This document shows, one piece after another, positions 49,705 to 58,097 of a stretch of DNA of 64,000 bases. The stretch comes from Bacteroidales bacterium (GTDB taxonomy: Bacteria; Bacteroidota; Bacteroidia; Bacteroidales; BM520). How positions within the stretch are numbered: position 1 is the stretch's first letter; the number at the start of each line of letters is the position of its first letter. The stretch is from contig JBMNMG010000002.1 in the NCBI GenBank assembly GCA_050953245.1, positions 650,903 through 714,902 on the forward strand, written 5' to 3'. The notes beneath the pieces were generated by a model. That model did no database searches. It was not told the DNA's origin and saw only the letters and a list, made by a program, of their open reading frames with translations. The position numbers were made by a program, and so were the translations under genes.

Positions 49705-50582
49705 CCGGAAAAAAATTACTTTTAGTTACTTTGCTAAATTTTAGCATAACTGTAGTTCAAATAATAGGAGGTATTATCTCTAACAGCTTATCGCTATTAT
49801 CAGATGCACTGCATAATTTGGGAGATTCATCAGCGATATTTATTGCTTTTTTAGCAGGTAAAAGAAGTCAAAAGAAACCGGACTTTAAAAAAACTTATGG
49901 ATATAAACGAATAGAAATCTTAGCTGCATTATTTAATGCAGTAGTTTTAATTGGAATTTGTGTATATTTATTTTTTGAGGCATACCACAGATTTAAAAAT
50001 CCATCTCCAATAAAAGGAAAATTAATGTTATTTGTTGCAATATTTGGATTGTTAATTAATGTTATTTCTGTGTTTATATTACAAAAAGATAAGGGTACTA
50101 ATTTAAATGTCAAAGCTGCTTATTTACATTTATTAGGTGATACTTTATCGTCTGTAGCAGTAATATTTGGTGGTATTGCAATAGTGATTTGGAAGATTTA
50201 TTGGATAGATCCGTTAATTACAGTATTAGTTGGTATTTATATTATTAAACACACTTGGGGAATAGTACAAGAAAGTGTTGATATTTTAATGCAAGGAGTA
50301 CCGCACGAAATAGAACTTACTGAAATTAAAAAAGAAGTAGAGCAAATTGATAAAATAAATAATATTCATCATGTTCATGTTTGGAAACTAGATGATCAAA
50401 AAATATTTTTAGAAGCTCATGTAGATGTAAAAGAGGATGTTTCTTTATCTGAAGCAGGAAAAATACTTGCACAAATAGAAAATGTTTTAAAAGATAAGTT
50501 TAACATATCGCATGTTACTATTCAATTTGGTTATAATTGTTGTAACGGTGAAGATGATTTGTTAGCATTTAATAAAGAGTAA
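49701..50582 (+). CDS. cation diffusion facilitator (CzcD/ZitB-like) metal efflux transporter, core from TTG 49701
   Basis: LLSDALHNLGD (TM2 metal site), HLLGDTLSSV (TM5), C-terminal cytoplasmic domain. 293 aa from the TTG. Confidence 0.85.
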   Translation: MTGKKLLLVTLLNFSITVVQIIGGIISNSLSLLSDALHNLGDSSAIFIAFLAGKRSQKKPDFKKTYGYKRIEILAALFNAVVLIGICVYLFFEAYHRFKNPSPIKGKLMLFVAIFGLLINVISVFILQKDKGTNLNVKAAYLHLLGDTLSSVAVIFGGIAIVIWKIYWIDPLITVLVGIYIIKHTWGIVQESVDILMQGVPHEIELTEIKKEVEQIDKINNIHHVHVWKLDDQKIFLEAHVDVKEDVSLSEAGKILAQIENVLKDKFNISHVTIQFGYNCCNGEDDLLAFNKE

Positions 50583-50714
50583 TCATTCTTGCCTTTAGAT
50601 AATAATTAATTATTATAATAAATGTTTTTTATTATAATCGTAAGAAATTCTCATTAATTAGATTTATTTTGTTAAGAAATCATTAAATTTGTAGTTTATT
50701 AATTTAGTATAAAT

Positions 50715-52343
50715 ATGAAAAAGTTTTTTACAATTTTATTATCAATCATACTATCTTTAAATATTTTTGCAACAAAGATTAGTAAAGCGGAGGCAGTAGA
50801 AGTAGCAAATACATTTATAGATAATTATAATTTAAATCTTAATCACTTTACGATTGCAGATTTAGCTTATACAGAATTATCTAAAGATAATATACCTGTG
50901 TTTTATGTTTTTAATAAAGAAGATAAAGGTTTTGTTATTGTATCTGCACAAGATTTTACTATACCGGTAATAGGTTATTCTGATGAAAATTCTTTCGATA
51001 TTTCTATGCCAATAAACATTAGAGAAATGTTTGATGAATATAGAAATGAAATAGAATTTGGAATATTAAATAATTTTATTGCTACTGATGAAGTAAAACA
51101 AATAAATGATAAGATTATAAATAATAAAGTAAAAAACTCGAAATCGGTTGAGCCGTTATTAGGTGAAATTAAGTGGAATCAAAGTCCATATTATAACGAT
51201 TCTTGTCCTTATGATCCAAATTATGGTATGATTTGCCCTGTTGGATGTGTTGCCACAGCTATGGCCCAGATTATGAGATATTGGGAGTATCCGTCAAGCG
51301 GGACAGGTTCTTACTCTTACATTCATGATAGTTATGGAGAATTATCTGCAAATTTTGAGACAGAATATGATTGGTCAAATATGCCAAAACAAACTTTATA
51401 TTCTCCTAATAGTTTTTGTGCTCAAATAAGTTATCACTGTGCTGTTAGTGTAGACATGAATTTTACACCTAATGGGAGCGGAGCACTTCAAGAAAAGGTT
51501 CCAATGTCGTTAATAAAATATTTTGGATATAGTTTTGATGCAAAAAACGCGAAGAAAAGTGATTATTCTAATGCGGAGTGGTACAGTTTATTAACGTCCG
51601 AATTAGATGCCGGAAGACCTGTGCAATATGCGGGTTCTGCTTCTGATGGTAGTGGTGGCCATTCCTTTGTTTGTGATGGCTATGAAGGAAATTATTTTCA
51701 CTTTAATTGGGGATGGGGTGGAAGCTCCGATGGATACTTTTCATTAACTTCATTAACTCCTTCATTTTGGGATGAAGGTTATACATATGGCCAACGTATG
51801 GTAATGGGAATTAGACCTCCGGAAGAAGGTGAAGATGGAATTTTACCTCCTCAAAATTTGAGAACGGAAGATATTACATCAAATTCTGCATTTCTAATTT
51901 GGGATATTCCTACAGATGGTTCATTTTATATTTTAAACATGAGAAAAGAAGGTGATGAGAAATGGGATATCTATTCGGTAAACGATAATTATACAGAAAT
52001 GCATAATTTAGAACCAAATACTACTTATGAATGGCGTGTTAAAGCTACTAAGTTTTCTTTTGAAAGTAATTTTTCTGACCCCATTACATTTAAAACATTA
52101 TCATGTACATCTGTAGAAAATAATTCAGATGAAATTCTTATTTATCCTAACCCTGCTTCTAATAGAATAAATATCAGAGGAATTGAAAGTATTGAAAAAG
52201 TATTAATTTACAACTCTTTAGGCAAAAAAATATCAGAAGAATATAATAACTCAATAGATGTATCTACATATCCTTCAGGAATTTATATTTTGAATATTAT
52301 AACAAATAGTAAAATATACAACAAAAAAGTTTTGGTAAAATAA
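50715..52343 (+). CDS. C10 family (streptopain-like) cysteine peptidase with N-terminal Spi-type prodomain, FN3 domain and T9SS C-terminal sorting domain
   Basis: Catalytic Cys context PVGCVATAMAQIMRYWEYP, His context GGHSFVCDGY, FN3-like PPQNLRTEDITSNSAFLIWD, CTD LIYPNPASNRINI...GIYILNI...KKVLVK. Confidence 0.85.
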   Translation: MKKFFTILLSIILSLNIFATKISKAEAVEVANTFIDNYNLNLNHFTIADLAYTELSKDNIPVFYVFNKEDKGFVIVSAQDFTIPVIGYSDENSFDISMPINIREMFDEYRNEIEFGILNNFIATDEVKQINDKIINNKVKNSKSVEPLLGEIKWNQSPYYNDSCPYDPNYGMICPVGCVATAMAQIMRYWEYPSSGTGSYSYIHDSYGELSANFETEYDWSNMPKQTLYSPNSFCAQISYHCAVSVDMNFTPNGSGALQEKVPMSLIKYFGYSFDAKNAKKSDYSNAEWYSLLTSELDAGRPVQYAGSASDGSGGHSFVCDGYEGNYFHFNWGWGGSSDGYFSLTSLTPSFWDEGYTYGQRMVMGIRPPEEGEDGILPPQNLRTEDITSNSAFLIWDIPTDGSFYILNMRKEGDEKWDIYSVNDNYTEMHNLEPNTTYEWRVKATKFSFESNFSDPITFKTLSCTSVENNSDEILIYPNPASNRINIRGIESIEKVLIYNSLGKKISEEYNNSIDVSTYPSGIYILNIITNSKIYNKKVLVK

Positions 52344-52377
52344 AAAATATCTGACTCAAAGCTTTGTTCCGAATATA

Positions 52378-54438
52378 TTAATAATATTCAAATAAACCAA
52401 AACAGGGTTCGGTAGTACCAAATCGGTAATTCCATAATGCTGCATTTTGGTTTACTGTTTCTCCCAATTTCGTTAAGTCTCGCAAATAATTTGCGATTGA
52501 TTTGTTTTCAACGATGTACACAAAAGGTATCTTTTCTGTTATTGGGCTATGTTTGCGAGTATGATCATAATCGAACTTAAAGATCCTTTTACCGGATGGT
52601 GTAATACCTATATTTTCGAAAGTCATACTTTTACCTATGCCGGGTATATTTAAAACATTTCTATCTGTAGCAACGAAAGGTAATTTGTGTTTGTCTAAAA
52701 AATTATTTAAAGCAATCTTTTTATTATCAGCATTATTGATAACATCTAACAGCTCTTTTGTTTGAGAATCCGTTAATTTGCCTACAGATTTTTCTTCAAT
52801 ACTTTCTTGTATAGATCTGCTTAAAGGAGCATATAATTCGTAATTTTCATCAAATCCCTTAACAGAGAATGTATAATAACAAATTACACCTATTTTATTT
52901 AAAACTTTTCTCAATTTAGCTGTGTGTCCTTTTCGGGAAGCAGGTACTGTAAAAACCAATTGATTAGTTACTGTCCAACCTGTTTTATTAAGCAAATTTA
53001 TTGCTTTCTTAGAATCAGGTGTAACTTCTAATGGAGATTCAAAATGAGTTTGAATTACAAACTGATTAATGCCATATTTAGATGCTTCATCTTTAAAATT
53101 ACTTAATATTTCTATTAATTCTTTATCTATTCTCATGGGAAGATAAACAGGTAATCTAGTTCCTAATCTAACTCTTTTAATTTCTGCGTATTGTTTATTT
53201 TTAGGTCTGTTTTTATTATTATTTATTTTCCTTTTAGCCATATCTAATACAGCATACAATATTTTTTTTAAAGATGCATTTTGGCTCATTAAAGCATCGC
53301 CACCTGTAATTAAAATATCTTTTAATTCCGGATCATTTTCAAAATAATCCATGATTTTTGTTAATTTTTGAGGCCAGGATTCTGACGGAATTAACTTATC
53401 ATGATTAAAATTTAATCTTTTACTTTGAAAATCATACATTCGTTGGCAAACTGCACATAACCCCCCACAAGATCTCCCAATTGTATCAGGAATTAAAATA
53501 GCAACTTCAGGGTAACGTCTGTGAACGTTTCCACCAGCAGGAATTATCCATCCGGCTGCATTAGGTTTACCTTCTTCTACTTGGTCTTCTCTTTCCCAAG
53601 CATTTATGTTACCAAAAACATTTACTAAATGTTCAGAATAAATTACATAACATCTAATTGCTTCATCATTAAAATATTCTCCTTCATCTGCATATAATAA
53701 TGATAAATAGTAAGGAGTTGCAAAAAATGGTATTCCTTTTTCTTTTGCTCTTTGTAATAATTCCATAGTTTTATCAGACAAAGAGTTATTTAAATATTTA
53801 TTCAACTCAAAAGGGCTTCTGGCTGCCATATTAATTTGAAATCTATAATCGTTCCACCATTTTTCCACCATTTTAATTTTTTTCTTATACGAAATACCTT
53901 CAGGAAAGCAATATTGGTTGTTCTGACTATAATTATTAATTTTTTCTATTAATATTTTAATCATTCTATCTTTATTTTTCTTTCTAGCTTTTGTAATGCT
54001 GGGATGCATTCCACTTTTCCATCTTCGAGATTTTCCCTCAACATTACTTTCTCTTAAAGGTTTATATTTATCTTCTAATTGTAGAAATAAAAAATATAAA
54101 TCTATAAATAAATCTGTTGGAATATAATCCGGTAAATCTTCATTTAAGAATAAATATAAATAGTGAAATGTTTCTATTTTAATTTCTTTATCTTTAGATA
54201 ATTCCCTAATAGTATTGCCTTCGTTTTCAAGAAAATTGTTTAAAGATTTTGCAGCATTTTTGACATTTTTGCTGGAACTTTTTAGTTTTTGGTTACAATA
54301 AACTCTTAATTCATCTATAAATTCGTTATAATTTGAACTTTTATTATTCATGTTAATTAGAGAGTCTAAGTTATCATTATACATTTCATATAAACAATAA
54401 ATAGATTTATCAAATATTTTTCTTTTATCCATAATCAT
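52378..54438 (-). CDS. KamA-family (lysine-2,3-aminomutase-like) radical SAM protein, long form (686 aa from ATG 54438; the ORF-track TTG at 54462 gives 694 aa)
   Basis: SCGGLCAVCQRMY (CX3CX2C), FATPYYLSLL, DILITGGDALM. The N-terminal ~290 aa has no motif I recognise. Confidence 0.8.
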   Translation of the reverse strand: MIMDKRKIFDKSIYCLYEMYNDNLDSLINMNNKSSNYNEFIDELRVYCNQKLKSSSKNVKNAAKSLNNFLENEGNTIRELSKDKEIKIETFHYLYLFLNEDLPDYIPTDLFIDLYFLFLQLEDKYKPLRESNVEGKSRRWKSGMHPSITKARKKNKDRMIKILIEKINNYSQNNQYCFPEGISYKKKIKMVEKWWNDYRFQINMAARSPFELNKYLNNSLSDKTMELLQRAKEKGIPFFATPYYLSLLYADEGEYFNDEAIRCYVIYSEHLVNVFGNINAWEREDQVEEGKPNAAGWIIPAGGNVHRRYPEVAILIPDTIGRSCGGLCAVCQRMYDFQSKRLNFNHDKLIPSESWPQKLTKIMDYFENDPELKDILITGGDALMSQNASLKKILYAVLDMAKRKINNNKNRPKNKQYAEIKRVRLGTRLPVYLPMRIDKELIEILSNFKDEASKYGINQFVIQTHFESPLEVTPDSKKAINLLNKTGWTVTNQLVFTVPASRKGHTAKLRKVLNKIGVICYYTFSVKGFDENYELYAPLSRSIQESIEEKSVGKLTDSQTKELLDVINNADNKKIALNNFLDKHKLPFVATDRNVLNIPGIGKSMTFENIGITPSGKRIFKFDYDHTRKHSPITEKIPFVYIVENKSIANYLRDLTKLGETVNQNAALWNYRFGTTEPCFGLFEYY

Positions 54439-54873
54439 CCTTGTAAAATTTTGTTTGTGCAAATTTTAATAAAACATGTTACAATCTTAATAAGATCTAA
54501 CCTTTGTATAAGTCGTTAATTTATAAGGCTTTCAAAGTAAGTGTAAAATAGTGTTGCTTACAATATTTTGATTAGTGAAAATTCATTCAAAAGTAAAGTA
54601 CATTAATTTTTACTTGAAAATGCAATTTTCATAATTGTGTAGAAGTAGTATAATATTAATTATTTTAATAAAATATTGCTGGCATTATTTGAGCAGGTAT
54701 AATAATGTAAAAAACACAACTACTATAATACGATACTAAAGTATATATTTTTTTCAAATTATCCAAAAAAAATACAAATTATTTTAAATGATATCTTTAT
54801 AAGTTAGCTGTTTTTTGGAAAATTGTTTATTTTTTTAAAATAAAAAAAATTATTTTTTTATAATAATAAATTC

Positions 54874-55527
54874 TTAATTATAGGAAAATTGTTTTGGAGG
54901 TTGAGTTAACGAATCTGCCAACTTCATTTTTTTACCTGTAATAATATTTTGTTTAATTAACTTATTTTGCAAGATACTTTTATTCATCTTTTTCATATAT
55001 ATAGATTCGTATAAAGCATGTAAGTCGTTAATTGTAAAAGTTTTAGGTAGTAATTGTTTGCCAAGAAGAGGGTTTAATGTAAAATCTTCTCTTAATTTTT
55101 TTAAACAATCGTCTATGATAATATTGTGATCAAAACCCAATGTCGGTAATTTTTCAATATTATACCATCTTAATTCTTTTGCATCATCTGCAGCTTTTGG
55201 TTTGATATTATTTTGAACAAAACAATAGTAAACTATGGATATTACTCGTTCACGAGGATCTCTATCTACGGTGTCGTAAGCTCCTAACTGATAAATCTTA
55301 TCAACGTTAATATTAGTTTCTTCAAATAACTCTCTTTTAGCTGTATCTTCCGTGGTTTCGTCTACATTCATAAATCCACCGGGTAATGCCCAACAATCTT
55401 TATAAGGGTCGTTTTTTCTCTTTATTAATAAAACCTGTAATTTATTAGATTCGAATTTAAAAGTTAATGTATCTGCTGCAATAGCATAATGAGGGTATTT
55501 ATAACAGTATTCTGATACGGAATTCAT
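54874..55527 (-). CDS. NUDIX hydrolase fused to a C-terminal winged-helix domain (NrtR-like regulator architecture)
   Basis: Nudix box GGFMNVDETTEDTAKRELFEETNI. C-terminal ~80 aa LLPKTFTINDLHALYESIYMKKMNKSILQNKL resembles the NrtR wHTH. Confidence 0.65.
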   Translation of the reverse strand: MNSVSEYCYKYPHYAIAADTLTFKFESNKLQVLLIKRKNDPYKDCWALPGGFMNVDETTEDTAKRELFEETNINVDKIYQLGAYDTVDRDPRERVISIVYYCFVQNNIKPKAADDAKELRWYNIEKLPTLGFDHNIIIDDCLKKLREDFTLNPLLGKQLLPKTFTINDLHALYESIYMKKMNKSILQNKLIKQNIITGKKMKLADSLTQPPKQFSYN

Positions 55528-55550
55528 AAATAAAAATCATTGATTATTTA

Positions 55551-55558
55551 CAAAGATA
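55551..55558 (-). promoter_or_regulatory. -7 promoter box TATCTTTG for the NrtR-like gene
   Basis: Consensus on the minus strand, 24 nt upstream of the ATG at 55527. Confidence 0.5.
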
Positions 55559-55652
55559 TAAAAAATAAACAGAAATAAAATATTCTAAAAATAGATATTC
55601 TTAAATAATATATATTTTGTTTAAGAGTTTTATAAGAAACTAATTAACTTAA

Positions 55653-56732
55653 TTAGTTGTTTAGTAGATTTTGAACTATTTTCTTACCAGCAGTTCCATC
55701 ACCATAAAGTTGAGGTATATTATTAAAGATTTTACCATCACTATTTAGTAAATCGGAAATAGTAGTAATTATTTTGATAGAATCTTGTTTTACAATAAAG
55801 TTAACTTTGTTTTGTACTAATTCTGTCCATTCTGTTTCGTCTCTTAAAGTAATACAATATTTCTCAAAGAAAAAAGCTTCTTTTTGTAAGCCACCACTAT
55901 CTGTTACTACTAAACTACTATTGGATGTTAACCAAACCATTTGTTTGTATCCAACCGGATCTATAAAAATTATATTGGAATTTTTAAAATTATAATTATT
56001 ACTTTCTAATTTTTTAAAAGTTCTTGGATGTAGAGGAATTACTACTTTACAAATATTTTTAGATACATAATCTAAAGCTTTAAAAATAGAATTTAATTTA
56101 TTGTTATCATCTGTATTTTCTGCTCTATGGACGGTAGCCAATATAAACTTTTCAGGTAAATCAGGATTAGGCTTTATAGATTGGGATTTATAATATAAAG
56201 CTGCATCATACATAACATCACCAACATTAAGAATTTCACAATCAAAATTATTAAAACCTTCTTTTTCTAAATTTAATATAGCAGTATCAGTAGGACAAAA
56301 TAAATAATTCGCAATCCTATCTGTTAAAATTCTATTTATTTCTTCAGGCATATTCATATTGAAGGATCTCAATCCTGCTTCAACATGAGCTACCTTAAAA
56401 TGAAGTTTTCTGGCAGTTAAAGCTCCTGCCAAAGTGCTGTCAGTATCACCATAAACTAATACAACATCAGGGTTAACATCTAATAAAACCGGTTCTAACT
56501 TTTGCATCATTAATCCGGTCATTGCACCGTGGTTTAAGCTATTTACATTTAGGTTAATATTTGGAGTTGGAATATTCATTTCCTTAAAAAATACTTCAGA
56601 CATATTTTTGTCGAAATGCTGACCGGTATGAACGATAAATTCGTCAATATTTGGAGTTTCTTGTATAACCCTGCTAACTACGGCTGCTTTGATAAATTGA
56701 GGTCTCGCTCCAATAACTGTTAAAACTTTCAT
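55653..56732 (-). CDS. wecB: UDP-N-acetylglucosamine 2-epimerase (non-hydrolysing)
   Basis: MKVLTVIGARPQFIKAA, HTGQHFD, YGDTDSTLAGAL, HVEAGLRSFN, MPEEINR. Confidence 0.92.
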   Translation of the reverse strand: MKVLTVIGARPQFIKAAVVSRVIQETPNIDEFIVHTGQHFDKNMSEVFFKEMNIPTPNINLNVNSLNHGAMTGLMMQKLEPVLLDVNPDVVLVYGDTDSTLAGALTARKLHFKVAHVEAGLRSFNMNMPEEINRILTDRIANYLFCPTDTAILNLEKEGFNNFDCEILNVGDVMYDAALYYKSQSIKPNPDLPEKFILATVHRAENTDDNNKLNSIFKALDYVSKNICKVVIPLHPRTFKKLESNNYNFKNSNIIFIDPVGYKQMVWLTSNSSLVVTDSGGLQKEAFFFEKYCITLRDETEWTELVQNKVNFIVKQDSIKIITTISDLLNSDGKIFNNIPQLYGDGTAGKKIVQNLLNN

Positions 56733-56746
56733 GTGTATTTTTTAGT

Positions 56747-58069
56747 TTATTTTCTTACTATATCATCTAATAATTTAGAATACTGTTTAGTTAATTCTTT
56801 TCTTGAATATTTTAATATTAGTTCTGAATTCTCTGTTTTAATTGCTTTGTCATTGTTGTTATAGCTATTAAAGACTTGTAAAATATATTTTTTCATCAAG
56901 TCTTTATTCTCATAGTCTATGATAATACCTGCATTAGTTTCAGATAAAATATTTGCGACATCACCATCAGTAGGCCCTATTGCTAAGATAGGATTAAATG
57001 TAGCTAAATATTCAAATAATTTTCCTGTTAAAATTCCTTTTGAGTCTTTTGTTTTATTTATTAAAAGTAATAATAAACTTGACATTTTTTGTTTAGAAAC
57101 TACCTTGTTATGAGGAATATATTCGGTGATTATTAAGTTTTTCTCTAAATCTAGTTTTTTAATATTTTCGATAACAACACCATCTATATGTCCAATTAAT
57201 TCTATTTTAAGCTTTTCGTTAAAATTTTTGTTTTCGGCAGTTAACTCACTTAGAGCATCCCATAATTTTGGAGCATTTCTATTTTCCGGGAGTACTCCAA
57301 TATGCGAAATAACAAAGTTGTTTTTATAAAAATCATCTTTTTCAGTATCTTCAGGAATATTATCGAAACCATTTGTTATTACATCTACTTTTTTCTTGCA
57401 AATCTCTTCTAAGCTTTTAGCACACGAATTACTAACAGTAACTATTTTATCAGCAGTTTGTAAAACTTGTTTTTCTAAGTTATGGTGTTTTTTATCTGCA
57501 AGTTTTGTAAGCTTTAATTGCTCGTAAAAATCTATTCCCGTCCATGGATCTCTAAAATCGGCAATCCATGGGATGTTAAATGTTTTACGTAACTTCATAG
57601 CTATCACATGCATAGAGTGTGGAGGACCCGTGCTAATTATAGCATCAACTTTATTATTTTTTAAATATTCTGATAAATATTTAACAGAAGGTTTTATCCA
57701 TAAGTACCTAGCATCCGGGATAAAAAAATTTCCTCTAATCCATATTGCTATGTTGTTTTTTATTTTTTGAAAAGATGATTCATTTTCTTTTTTTATAAAA
57801 CCACTTTTTACATTTTCCTTTTCCCCTCTTTTAAATAATTTCTTGTAGGCATTATAAGGTTCTTTAATAGGTTGTCTTATTTCAAGAATATTTGGATTAA
57901 TATCATCTTTTAAGGAGTAATCGAGAACGGGATACTCAGCATTTTCTGCAGTATATACAATAGGTTGCCAGCCGAATTCCGGTAAATATTTTGTAGTTTT
58001 AAGCCACCTTTGTACTCCGGAACCACCTGATGGATACCAATAATAAGTTATTATTAATACCTTTTTCAT
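56747..58069 (-). CDS. glycosyltransferase (GT-B fold, family 4-like)
   Basis: 440 aa. The N-terminus KKVLIITYYWYPSGGSGVQR and the two-Rossmann layout fit. The family call is approximate. Confidence 0.6.
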   Translation of the reverse strand: MKKVLIITYYWYPSGGSGVQRWLKTTKYLPEFGWQPIVYTAENAEYPVLDYSLKDDINPNILEIRQPIKEPYNAYKKLFKRGEKENVKSGFIKKENESSFQKIKNNIAIWIRGNFFIPDARYLWIKPSVKYLSEYLKNNKVDAIISTGPPHSMHVIAMKLRKTFNIPWIADFRDPWTGIDFYEQLKLTKLADKKHHNLEKQVLQTADKIVTVSNSCAKSLEEICKKKVDVITNGFDNIPEDTEKDDFYKNNFVISHIGVLPENRNAPKLWDALSELTAENKNFNEKLKIELIGHIDGVVIENIKKLDLEKNLIITEYIPHNKVVSKQKMSSLLLLLINKTKDSKGILTGKLFEYLATFNPILAIGPTDGDVANILSETNAGIIIDYENKDLMKKYILQVFNSYNNNDKAIKTENSELILKYSRKELTKQYSKLLDDIVRK

Positions 58070-58097
58070 TAAATAATATCTAAATCAATATAAACTA

